A stretch of 64,000 nucleotides of DNA from contig NC_043011.1 of NCBI RefSeq assembly GCF_006345805.1, positions 33,120,464-33,184,463 of the forward strand. The letters run 5' to 3'. The stretch comes from Octopus sinensis (lineage: Eukaryota). Below, in pieces: positions 51,268-63,704 of the stretch. The position numbers and the translations under genes are program-made. The notes below the pieces were generated by a model, which ran no database searches, was not told the DNA's origin, and saw nothing but the letters and a program-made list of their open reading frames with translations. Positions within the stretch are counted from its first letter, which is position 1. Every line of letters starts with the position of its first letter.

Positions 51268-52335
51268 TTAAACGGATGCATACATTTATTAATAACTATA
51301 TATAAGTGTCGTCTGTTTATACATAAACACTGTTTCATACTGCAATTATATATACATATATCTATATATAATATTATATAATAAAATATATACAGAGTAA
51401 AATAAAAACCAATTTACCTTTTCTGTATTGTTATAGCAATTCGACCGTCCGTGTGTCTTTGCAAATGTGTTGGAATGATAAGTGAGTTGTGTTTTGGCGC
51501 CTTTTTTACTAATAACAAACACACACGTGTTTGTATGTAGTTGTTTGAAACGTTTGTTTGTCACTGTCATATATGTATGTGTATGCGTGTGTGTGAGGAA
51601 TGACACACACACACTCACGCACGCACACATGTACATCAATGCTTTTATCAGCGTCATAGACAGAAACAAATATTACATCGCCATCGCCATCGCATTCTAT
51701 TGTCTACCTGTCAACACACACACAGTGAATTAGTTTCACTTTATTCGTTGCACACTGTGTGTGTGCGTTTGCGTGTGCTGTAAACCAGACTAAGAAAAGC
51801 ATTTGACATACACACCAGAATGTGAGTTTTCTGTAAATTTTGCTTAATTGGAGTTTAAATTTTAAAAACTGGACCTAGCATGACCCGATGCATTCTACTC
51901 TTAAAAAGGCTAGGTAAATTGTAATTGAAGAAATCCTATATTGTAGATTTCTATAAGTTACAAAGGGAGGCAGATAAAATCTGCCTTTTATAATAAGAGA
52001 TATATCTGAAAGTCCGCAAAATATCCGTAGAGTTTATATAAATATGCCTTCAAATTTTGGCAGAAGGCCAGTAATTTCCGGGAAGGAGTTAATTCGATTA
52101 CATCAACCCCAATGTAACACTGGTACTTTTTTTATCGACCCCTGAAAGACGAAAAGTAACGTCGCTTTCGACAGAATTTTTATTTGGAACGTAAAAACGG
52201 ATAAAATGCCGCCAAGCATTTAGTCCGGAGTGCTAACGATTCTACCAGCTTGCCGGCTTAAAGTTTATATAAATATTGATTTCAAATGTGGCACAAAGCC
52301 AACAATTTCAGAGGAGGAGCAGGAGACTCTTTATT

Positions 52336-52439
52336 ATCATTACGATCGTTTCGACCCTTCGTACACCGTTGCCGCGCAGGTGAGATGCTCTAGAAACAGG
52401 TGTAGTGCATCATAGCAGCAGCTGTGTCTCGTCAGGTGA
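52336..52439 (-). ncRNA. Hammerhead ribozyme motif with long stem II at a decayed Penelope-like 3' end
   Basis: GUCAC-CUGACGA-GAC..(~66 nt)..GUC-GAA-ACGAUCGU-A-AUGAU. Helix III is a perfect palindrome; stem I has one mismatch. Confidence 0.55.
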
Positions 52440-53590
52440 CTTGTCAAAAGTATATAATAATATCCAGCAAAAACACTGTATGGCAGAGCACAGTGAGATG
52501 CAAAGTTCACCCTGTTCATACTACTGCATCTCCAATATACTTCGGTCGTCTTAGTAGCCTTGCCACTGGTCCAGAAGATCATGCACTTGAGCATTGATGG
52601 TGGTCTGTGCGGTGTAGCTTTCCCTCATTACAATACAAGTTCATGGATGTGTGGTAAGATGTTTGCATCCCAATTGTTTCGGGTTCAACCCCACTGCGCA
52701 ATGTTTTGAGTGCCTTCTACTATAGCCCCTGGCTGGTAAAAATCTTGTGAGTGCATTTGATAGACGGAAACTGAAAGAAGCCCGACGCATATGTGTATTC
52801 ATGGCTGCGTGGTTTTGTTTTTACTTTCCCTCACCGCTTGACCACCGGTGTTGCTTTGTTTACATTCAATAAAGTGCCTTGCTCGAGGATACAATGCACT
52901 GCTGGATATCGAACTCATTATCTTACGAGCGTGAGCCGAATACGCTAACAAGTAAGTCACGGGCCTGCACTCCTTAGAACTCTCTCTCTCACTCTCTCAC
53001 TGTATATGCATAAGGTGCGATGAGTAAATTGTCGCCATTTTATATTTTCAATTTCACACATTACATCGACCCCAGTTCGTAACTGGTACTTATTCAATCG
53101 ACCCTGAAAGGATGAAAGGCAAAGTCGACCTCGGCGGAATTTGAACTCAGAACGTAGCGGCAGACGAAATACCGCTAAGTATTTCGCCTGGCGTGCTAAC
53201 GTTTCTGCCAGCTCGCCGCCACGCAAGCTTCTTACCACATGGCCCTTCCTGCGCCTATATATAAATATGAACGGGGAGAGAAAGAGATAGAGAGAGAGAG
53301 GGGGTGGGGAGTGAAAGAGAGAGAGAGAGAGAGACTGGGAAAGTTTTATTTATTTATGCGGGAATATCTTATCTTGTACTCGTTTCAATCATTAGACTGC
53401 GTTCATGCTGAGCAACTGCCTTAAGGGGTTTAGCAAAAAAAAAGTGACCCCCAGGGCATTTTTCTTTAAAGTGTGGCGCTTATTTTATCGGTCACTTTTG
53501 CTGAATTGCAATGTTAAGGGAACATAAACAAAAGAATACCGGTTGTTAGGCAGAAGTATGGGACAATGACAAAAACAATCACACGTAAAC

Positions 53591-53622
<32 letters not shown>

Positions 53623-53688
53623 CCCCACACACACATACATATATATATGTATATAGTGTGTGTGTATGTATATACTCGTATATATATA

Positions 53689-54800
53689 CTAGCACTATGA
53701 CCCGGCAATGCCGGGTCATAGTGCTTATGCATGCATATACAGCTGCGTGCGTGTGCACATACACGCGAGTACTGTCCAAATCTCCGACCAATCGCATGCA
53801 GCTAGCTGGCATTCAATTGGCGTATCAAGTTTCGGGCATTTTGATTGGGTTTTGGATAGAAAATTCACAAAAAAGTCACTTCTATTGACTTTTTAGTGGC
53901 TTTGCGTGGTGATTGGGATAATGTAAAGATGTGCACGACCACCCTTGGATGGTTTTGAATGACCATAGAAAGTGCGAGCCCTCTAACTGAAAAATTGTGC
54001 ATTTGTATAAAGGACACACACACAGGCATTTTGCCGTTTATATATATACTAGCAGTATCGCCCGGCGTTGCTCGGGTTTGTTTCGACCCGCTGGAATTGT
54101 AATTTTGAAAAGTAAAAATTTTGTGAACATTTTTCTGGTCGAAATACACCGAAAAGTGGCGACACAGCAGTGAAAAAATCGTAAAAAATAGGGATTTTCA
54201 TAGAAAATAGCATCTTTTTGATGTAAATAATTTTTGGTGTTAACATGGTCCGATTTGAATTTTATGTTCTACGGAAGGAAGAGCAACCCTTCTTCTATCA
54301 TACTCTCAATTTTGGTCAACTTGCGCCGCAGGGTCTCGGAGGAGATAGTGTTAGTTGAAGGTTACCAAACGTGGCGCACACAGACAACTTTAGCTTTATA
54401 TAGAGACTAGCAGTATCGCCCGGCGTTGCTCGGGTTTGTAAGGGAAATAACTATATAAGCATTTTTAGAGATGTAAAGTATAATAGCCATCTCAATATGG
54501 CTAACCACAAAGGGAGAGGGGTGTTACTGTAGCTTTTTACGTTCTGAGATTTAATAATAAATTTTAGAGAGTTACTTCCCTTATATATGTCAAAAATGGA
54601 TTAAAAATGGGAAAAATTGATGGTAAATTTTTTTAAAATCGTAGACTCATCGTAGACGCGCGCTAATACCCAGACGGTCTCGATATGAATCACGACTATA
54701 AGATACCCGGTTTTGGTTAAACTGCACCGCAAAATGTGGGAGTAGTTAGGAATGTAAATGGTAGGAGACAGACACACAACCTCACTTTTATATATAAAGA
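53689..54800 (-). mobile_element. Head-to-tail array of three non-autonomous Helitrons (53689-54048, 54049-54406, 54407-54800)
   Basis: CTAG plus hairpin 3' termini at 53689, 54049 and 54407; TC-type 5' termini at 54406 and 54800. Confidence 0.85.
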
Positions 54801-54962
54801 TTTCCTCTATTTACATAATATTGAGGTCTCTTTCTTTCTTTTGTTATCTTACTGTTTTTACCAATATACATATATATATATATATAAATATATATATAGT
54901 TACAGAGATGTACTTGCATAGCAAGTGACTTGATCTGAGATCGTGTGCTGGAACGAAAACAG

Positions 54963-55221
54963 TTGCAGCGTTGAAGGTGTTTATAAGCCATCTAAGAAAC
55001 ACACAAAAACCGTTAGATTCACTTCAACATTTAAATTTAATTTGTCAAAATATTTTCGTCGCTTTGAGACCGCGACCTGTTAGCACGATATTTTTGTCAG
55101 TGAACAGGTCGCGGTCTCAAAGCGACGAAAATATTTTGGCAAATTAAATTTAAATGTTGAAGTGAATGTAACGGTTTTTGTGTGTTTCTTAAATGGCTTA
55201 CAAACACCTTCCACGCTGCAA
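54963..55221. repeat. Inverted repeat (arms about 54963-55081 and 55103-55221), resembling inverted Penelope pseudo-LTRs
   Basis: The two arms of about 115 bp are near-perfect reverse complements around a 21-nt spacer. Confidence 0.9.
55093..55143 (+). ncRNA. Minimal hammerhead-like motif with G3-C8 core variant
   Basis: UUUGUCA-GUGAACA-G-GUCGC-GGUCUCAAA-GCGAC-GAA-AAUAUU-U-UGGCAAA. Confidence 0.6.
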
Positions 55222-55569
55222 TATATATATATACACACATATATATATATATGTATGTATGTATGTATGTGTGTATATGTGTATGCATGTATGTGTGTGT
55301 GTGCGTGTCTGTGCTTGTGATTGTCCTCCAACACCGCTTGACAACGAATGTTGGTTTGTTTACATCCCTGTCACCTAGTGGTTTGACAAAGGAAACAGAT
55401 AGAATAAGTACAATGCTTACAAAAATAAAAGTGGAGTTGATTCATTAAACTACAATTCTTCAAGGCATTGCCCCAGCATGGCCACAGACCAATGGCTGGA
55501 AAAAGCAGAAGAATAAAAGAATACATTCTCTGCTTTGGTCAAGGCATGAGAAAGCTTGAGTTTACATGA

Positions 55570-55950
55570 GAAGGCCTAACAGACCTGGTAGAAACAGCAG
55601 CCAAATCTCCCCCAAATCACACCTTACTGTCTTATGTATGTATATATATATGAGCCAATGAGGGGGACCTCTACATGGTAGCTAGACCTGGTAGAAATAG
55701 CAGCCAAATTTCCCCCAAATCACACCTTACTGTCTTATCTATGTATATATGTATGTATGAGCCTATGAGGGAGACCCCTACATGGCAGCTAGACCTGGTA
55801 GAAATAGCAGCCAAATTTCCCCCAAATCACACCTTACTGTCTTATCTATGTATATATGTATGTATGAGCCTATGAGGGAGACCCCTACATGGCAGCTAGA
55901 CATGGTAGAAATAGCAGCCAAATCTCCCTCAAATCACACCTTACTGTCTT
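55570..55950. repeat. Tandem repeat of about 107 bp (about 3.5 units)
   Basis: gacctggtagaaatagcagccaaat.tcccccaaatcacaccttactgtctt recurs at a spacing of about 107 bp. Confidence 0.9.
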
Positions 55951-57610
55951 ATCTTTCTGCTACTTGGATATAGGTGTTATATTCGTCGTAAAAAACTTTC
56001 CTATCACACACTCACGCACACGCACACACACACACACACACACACACGCACCCTCACACACCCACTCACACACACACGCACGTTAGCTTACAATTTTATT
56101 TATATATTTGCGTGTGTATGTGTGGAAAGAGGAAGTGGGAAGCAGAGTGAAAGAATCACTCACTACAGTAAGTGAATTACTTTCATTTTATTCGTTGCCC
56201 ACTGTGTGTGTGCGTTTGCGTGTGGTGTAAACCAGACTAAGAAAAGCATTTGACACACACACCAGAATGTGAGTTTTCTGTAAATTTTGCTTAATTGGAG
56301 TTTAAATTTTAAAAACTGGACCTGGCATGACGCGATGCATTGTACTCTTAAAACTGCGAGGTAAATTGTAATTGAAGAAATCCTATATTGTAGATTTGTA
56401 TAACTCCCAAAGGGAGGCAGATAAAATCTGCCTTTTATAATAAGAGATAACACACACACATTAATACACATACATAGACACACACACACATGTATGTATG
56501 GATGTATATATGGGTACTTGTATCGCAGAGTGGTCCCGGTTGCGCACACGCGGATTCGCGCGTGCGAGCCAGACGTAGGTACTCGATACTCGATCGCCCT
56601 TAAATAATTACTTTTTTTTACAGAAACGCGAACGTATATAACGCGCAAAATTATTCCGTAGAATTTATCAAATTAAATAACTCAAAATTAATATATTTTT
56701 TGAAATTGCAAATTATTTAGAATATAAAAATCTGGCTGCTATTTCTAGGTGCCTGAGTAACAACCTCACGGATTTACAGATAAATGAATTAATTACTATT
56801 TTAGAGAATAAAATTAAATAATTCTTGAAAACTAATTAATATTAATATTTTTTGAACAAAGTAAATAATTTTTAAAACTTAAATAATAATTTTTTTTACA
56901 CAAACGTGAATGGGGAAAAGGGGGTGGCGAATTCGATTTTTTATTTTCGTTGAATGAATAGAAAAAATGTATAATATATGTTGTACATACCTAAATTTTT
57001 TCTTTTTCATGACATTGTAGCAAAATAGTAGTGAATTATATAAATACCAGCAGTACATTTTTTTTTCTGGGGTATTTTTTTTCAACCTCGTCACATATTT
57101 GCCCCTTTCAATTTAAACAAAGTCTTAATTAAGCAATTACGGCAGCTTAGCAATGGTTTCAATACAGGCGTGACATCTGTATCTCAATTGTTCAAAACCC
57201 TTCGAATTTTTTCGCACGTGATGATATCATAGTGAAAACTTTCAATTACGCGCGCTTAGAAGTACGCTCGAAAATTAATACTACCAAAATTTTGAAGTTC
57301 GCGCTCCGCTTGTGTGTGTGTGTGTGTGTGTGCGTGCTTTAGGTGTACGTAGGTATGTGTTTTTGTGTGTGTGTGTGTGTGCGTGCTTTAGGTGTACGTA
57401 GGTATGTGTTTTTGTGTGTGTGTGTCACTGAAGCCATACATACATATATACATACATAACCTCTCTCTCTCTTTTCTCTCTCAGTCACTCACTACAAAAA
57501 GTGAATAAAAAAAGTTCAGTTATTTCTGTCTTTCACTCTCTCTGTCTCTTTACACACACTAACAAAAGCACTTCACTTACACACCACACTTTCTGTGTCG
57601 CACAACCCAT

Positions 57611-57660
<50 letters not shown>

Positions 57661-58470
57661 TGTACATCAATGCTTTCGGAGTGAAATGTTAAAATATTGA
57701 GTTTTCTCGAATTTTGTCTTAATTGGGGGTGAAATTGAAAGAAATTTGTTATGGCATGACCGAATGGAGTACTTTGAAAAATCTTAGGTAAACTCTAATA
57801 GAAGAAATTGTGCGAGGAGTAAATCGTTATGTATTTATTTGTTTCTGTTTGCTGTGTTTTTTTATTTTTTGAGTAGTGGTTTAAGGTACACTTGAAAAAG
57901 AGAAAGTGGGAGAAATTATGTTGATAGCATGAGTGATCCGTTTTATAGAAATACTTTCAGTTTAGTCTTCCTCAAATCACTCTGTCGCTATTTACTCTCT
58001 TCCAAGAACATTTTCACTCACTCTTATCTCTTAGCTTGCCATACATTTTACTCATGTATCTATCAGCGTGATAGACAGAAACAAATATTACATCGCCATC
58101 GCCATCGCATTCTATTGTCTACCTGTCAACACACACACAGTGAATTACTTTCACTTTATTCGTTGCACACTGTGTGTGTGCGTGTGCGTGTGGCGTAAAC
58201 CACATTAAGAAAAGCATTTGACATACACACCAGAATGTGAGTTTTCTGTAAATTTTGCTTAATTGGAGTTTAAATTTTAAAAACTGGACCTGGCATGACC
58301 CGATGCATTCTACTCTTAAAAATGCTAGGTAAATTGTAATTGAAGAAATCCTATATTGTAGATTTCTATAATTGAGAAAGGGAGGCAGATAAAATCTGCC
58401 TTTTATAATAAGAGATTGTAGATTTCTATAACTGACAAAGGGAGGCAGATAAAATCTGCCTTTTATAATA

Positions 58471-58506
<36 letters not shown>

Positions 58507-58996
58507 CAGGCTTTTCAGTTTCCCCCTATCAAGTCCACCCACAAGGCTTTTGTCGGTTCCAGGCTTTAGTAGAAACATTTGCCCAAGATGCCACGCATTG
58601 AACCTGGAATCATATGTTGGGAAAGCAAGCTTTCAGTTACACACCCAGATCTGCGCTGATGAAGACATTTACTATCGGGAGTAACGTCAAGTGCGTCCAC
58701 TGACTTACGTAGAACAAACAACAGACGTAACAGACCGACGGACGACGATGATGAAGGCAATGGCGGTTTACACGACGTTTACCCTTTCATGTCGGTATGT
58801 TGCTGGTTGTTTAAATCGATAGGAATTGATTTATCGATGACATATCGTTGTCACTTAAGGATTCATTGAGTGTGTGCGTGCGCGTGACTGGGTGCTTGTG
58901 TGTGCACGCGCGCATTTTTATATGCGTGTGTTAGTCTTAAATATTTTATTGTCCTTCTTTCGTGATGGTTGCTGCTGCTGTTATTGTTGTTGCTCT

Positions 58997-59478
58997 TCTT
59001 CTTCTAATCAGGACTCACGCCTTTAGCCACAAAGAATAATCTGTAATTCGAGCCTACTCTAAGCTACTAAGAATGCGTGTGGCAACTTGAAGATCCACCC
59101 ACCACACGCGATAGACTGGCGGTTGCACGGGCGCGAAAGCTACGTTGTTATCCTCATTCCGTAAACGGTGGCTTTTTAACGGGCGAAGAGCTGAACCATC
59201 CTGGGGTACAGATGATTCGCAATCTAGACTAGGGTCTGAAAGTTTACCACACCATAGTGGGTTACACCATGGTTCCTCTGCTTTATGGCAGAAGTATGAA
59301 GAAAGAGTGAGAGAAAGTTCTGGTGAAAGAGTACAGCGGGGTTCACCACTACTCCCGCTGGAGCCTCGTGGAGCTTAGGAGTTTTTCCTCAAGAAACACT
59401 CACAATGCTTGGTCTGGGAATCGAAACCGCGTTCTTACGACCGCGAGTCCGCTGCCATAACCACTGGACCATTGCGCC
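58997..59478 (-). mobile_element. tRNA-derived SINE, same family as 44270-44762
   Basis: The reverse complement matches along its length. Confidence 0.85.
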
Positions 59479-59782
59479 CCACGTTGCTCATCTCTGGACA
59501 CATGAGCGAGACAAGTGTGGAAATTAGAAAGCAATCAACAAACAATAATAAACAAACAAAAAAGAAATCAAAACGAACAACCAAACAAATTTAGCTGCAA
59601 TATATCGTTTATTGTTATCAGTTTTAGGTTTATATAATCATCATTTTATAATTTTAATCATTATTTCATTATATATAACTATTATTATGAAATAAATTTA
59701 ATCATGTAGTCAACATGATTTTCTTTGAGTAGTAGTAGTAGTAGTAGTACCACCACCACCTCATGATTGGGTGTTTACTTAC

Positions 59783-60104
59783 AAACCACTCGGTAGAGGT
59801 CGTCAATTACTCGTTGTAGGGTGTCGTAACGCGACGCATGTAGTACCTTGCCTCCGTCACTCGTCATTTCGCCCAGAAGTGCATCGTCTGTGCGCCCGAC
59901 AGCGATGATTACGATTCTGGCATTCCGGATAACGCGTATATGTTTACTCCAGCGTGCGACCTCCTGCTTGTTTGAGATTTGACCATCAGTGATGACTATT
60001 ACCACTCTCTTGACGTCTTTCCGAACGGTGTGTAGTGAGAGCGCAGAGGTTGACGTGAACCGGAGAGCAGCACTAAGTCTTGTTCCACTGTGTACGGGTC
60101 CGAT
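59783..60104 (-). CDS. VWA domain, C-terminal exon
   Basis: Acceptor catttttag; IGPVHSGTRLSAALRF..KRVVIVITDGQ..IIAVG..LYRVV. Ends either at donor gtaagt (phase 1) or reads through to CK-TAA at 59775. Confidence 0.85.
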
Positions 60105-61864
60105 CTAAAAATGCGAACAGAAACAAAAGCTTTTGTAATAATTCTTTCTAATTTGGGCCCAGGGCCAACAATTTTGAGGGGAGGGATGAGATCGATTACA
60201 TTGACCCCCTCCCCAGTGCTCAACTGGTACTCGTTTTATCGATCCCGAAAGGATCAAAGACAAAGTGGACCTCAATGCCATCTGAACGTAAAGAACCGGA
60301 AGAAATGCCGCGAAGCATTTTGCTCAGCGGGGTAACAATTATATCTACTAACTGCCTTAGAAGTAATGATAATAATGGTAATTATACATGTGGTTCCCTC
60401 TGGCAAAGGCTGTTAATAAAAGGGAGATAACCGTCCCCTCACAACATGAGGAGGGATTTGAAAATTGAATTTGAAATTGAGGAAGACATGGAAGAATATG
60501 AGTAGAGTTCACATATTTTTATTTATTTTATTTATTTCGAAGTTATAATAATTTCTTGCTGGTAGCAATTATAGAATAGCACTATTCTATTATTTCTAGA
60601 AGTCATCAAAATCTGTAACTTTTTCTTTAGATTTATTATGAAGTGAGACATTTCATTTACATTAAAGGGCGAATTTATTACAATCTCCTGGATATTTATG
60701 GCATATTTGTTTTCCTTTACTATGGTTTCGTTCAGAGGAACAAGTCAACATTGTAATGGTGTTGTTGCTTACAGTTGCGAATTTTTCTTGCTACGTGATA
60801 CCTTTTGAAAGTTAGGTGGACTGAGCTGTTTTAACAGTTAAGAATCTTGATCTCCAAATTTGCGGTTAGCGGTTAAATCAATTACATCGATCCCAGTAAT
60901 CAACTAGCACTTATTTTATCGACCCTGAAAGGAATAAAAGGCAAAGTCGGACGAAATGTCGCTAAGCGTTTTGCCCGGCGTGCTAACGATTCTGCCTGCT
61001 CGCCACCTTACTGTACGTATAATTATTGTAAATATACACTCTAAAGACGAATAGGATTTTCTAAAAAGACAATTTTATAGGATTCACATATTTTTCTGTA
61101 GTACCTATATACAGCTAGATGGATCAGTTGAATTTAGAATTACCGTTTTTGATAGCGTAAAAGACTCACGGGCATATATGGCAGCCCAGTTTTAGCAGAC
61201 CATAGTCAGGAAGGCGGGTGCGCATGGCTTAGTGGTTAGGGTGTTGGACTCATGATCATAAGATTGTGGTTTCGATTTTTAGACGGGGTTGGGTTGTTCT
61301 TTGAGCAAAACACTTCATTTAACGTTACTCTAGTCCACTTAGCTGATAAAAATGAGTGATCCTGCGATGGATTACTGGGAAATGAGTAATCCCTTAATGA
61401 ATTACGATGAAACCGGGAAAACGGGCGTATGCTCCTTAAAGGAGTAATCTGGACTAACCATAATCAGGAAGAGTGGAGAAACTGGAACGATACCAAAACA
61501 CTAGTATAAAACAGATCTGGTTGGAGAGGTCGTGTTTCAGCCTCATCTGCTCCAAAGAGAGAACTAATCGATAGTCAAGAAAAACGGGTTTTAGTGCATG
61601 CTATAGGGGCCCAACATTAAACCATGTTATCGGAGCCCAACACAAAAATATCACTGGGGATGATATTTTTCTGATATTATTTTTGGAGAAAAAATTACGT
61701 TTTATATGCTAAGAATAACGGTTGGTTTCTTAATCTCTAACAATGCTGCGGTCTTAAATATAACTGCCAATATTATTCTTTGAAATCTGGTACCCTCTCA
61801 AACAAAGCAAACGATGATATTCGAAGATGGGGGAAGAAATCACTGGAAGTCAATAAATACTTAC

Positions 61865-62094
61865 CGTTTCGATTGCATCTTTGATTTCTTCTTTAGTCTT
61901 GGCGTCGTCAATGAAAAACTTATTGCTGACTTTAGAATTGAATAGCAGAATTCCTAATTGAGCTTGTGTAGAAGAAATGATCGAAGCGTTGACAAATTCC
62001 GTAAGGAATTTTTTGGTTTCGTAGAGTCCTTCCTCTCTAATACTATTAGATATGTCAACCACAAACTGGATGTCAATAGGTTCAACTCCACAGA
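61865..62094 (-). CDS. VWA domain, N-terminal exon
   Basis: Acceptor ctactag; (V)CGVEPIDIQFVVDISNSI (MIDAS DxSxS)..AQLGILLFNS..IKDAIET; donor gtaagt; phase 1/0. Confidence 0.88.
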
Positions 62095-63349
62095 CTAGTA
62101 GTGTGACAAACAACATAATATATTAACAATTCATTATAGGAAATTATATTTGGTGTTATATTAATATATATGATGCTATATCAATTGATATGTATTATTT
62201 TCTAACACTGGTTCAAGCAAAACTTTTTGCTGAGTGTTCAACAACTGACTGGTGGACAGCAGCGTAGCTGGAAGAGGGGGAGAGGAGCGTTCGAGTTCCG
62301 AGCGATGCTTCGATGGGACTGCGACTTTTGGGTCTGTTGTATAAGTTTATATAGGCTTATGGGCCAGAGAAAGTAGATACAAACTGAAGAACAGCCCCGG
62401 GCGGTGCACACTCCAACTACGCAACTTCTAATGGGAATTGGGACAGAAGTTCTCCGTCTGTTTCGACGAGGAGCATTCAGTTGTTTGACCAACTGAAATT
62501 AACCTATAAGCGGCTGAGTATTTCGCAGGTACATGTAACTTTAACGTAGTTCTTGGGCTGAATCTTGGATAACTTGCACAATCGTGAGAGAGATAGGGGG
62601 GAAGGAGAAGGACAGAGAGATAAAGAAAGACGGTGAGTGGGAGAGAGAGAGAGGAAAAGAGAGAAAGACAGAGTGAGAGAGAGAAAGAGAAAGAAAGCGG
62701 AGGAACGAGAGAAACAGAGAAGAATCGGACTCGGTAGTGCACTGATGTTTTATTTCACTGATATTGAAATGATAAAAGACAAAGTTAACATCAGTGAGAT
62801 TTGAACTCGGAACGTAAAGGACATATTTAGATACCACAAGGTACTCGATTGTAACGATTCTGAAAAAGTTTTCGGCCATCTTTAATATTTATGCTTTTAT
62901 AATATTTATTATCATTTATAAAACAAATATAATAATTCCCAAAATAGGCGCAAGGCTAGTAAGGCCAGCGGAGTCGAACATGTTTGGTGGGGGGATATAA
63001 TCGATTTATCGACTCCAGTATGTAATTAATCAAATTAATATTTGTATTTTAAGATGGGGGTGATTTTGATTTTTAAAGTGTAAGACCAATATATTTGCGG
63101 GCATTCCCATCTGTCTTTATATTTTCAAACATCTTTACATACATACATACATACATACATGAATGTATATATTATGTATGTATGTACTATTTCTGTCTAT
63201 TAATGTGTGTGTGTGTGTGTGTATGTGTGTATGTGTATGTGTGTGTGCGTACGTTTACACGCACACGGCACACGCAGATATGCAAACATACAGAAATGTG
63301 ATTATGTCTCTCACAACCCTGTGAAATACAAACATCGTTTCGACCTTAC

Positions 63350-63554
63350 CTGGAACTTTCTCACATTCGGTTTTGTTGTCATTGTATGCGAATCCTTTAT
63401 TGCAGACACATTGCCAAACTCCGTCCCGAGTGATGCACTGTGAATTCACCACACAGCCTTCAATATCAACAATTTTCCGTCGTCCTCTTGCTGATCCATC
63501 TTTTTCACACACAACTATCTTATCGCAACCGGGTAGAGTCAAGTTTTTGCCCAA
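63350..63554 (-). CDS. Exon of an extracellular protein: Cys-rich/EGF-like module
   Basis: Acceptor ttactttcag; LGKNLTLPGCDKIVVC..GCVVNSQCITRDGVWQCVCNKGFAYNDNKTECEKVP; donor gtaagg; phase 0/1. Confidence 0.8.
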
Positions 63555-63656
63555 CTGAAAGTAACAGTGATGGAATCTTATAATGATAATTATGCAGCGA
63601 TATGTATATGTGTAACTAAAAAGAAATCTCCCTTTCGATTTTGTTCCTAAGACAAA

Positions 63657-63704
<48 letters not shown>

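Larger units (their letters stand above)
48200..58475 (-). mobile_element. Four co-oriented copies of a Helitron-like repeat (ending at about 49415, 52000, 56448 and 58475)
   Basis: All share ..aaatcctatattgtagattt.tataa...aaagggaggcagataaaatctgccttttataataagaga, which reads TCTCTTATTATAAAAGG as the minus-strand 5' end. The interval contains other elements too. Confidence 0.65.

Noticed and set aside
58700-58810. Candidate downstream exon of the VWA gene (minus-strand gtaagt donor)
   Set aside because: All frames from the nearest acceptor hit stops quickly and there is no domain similarity.
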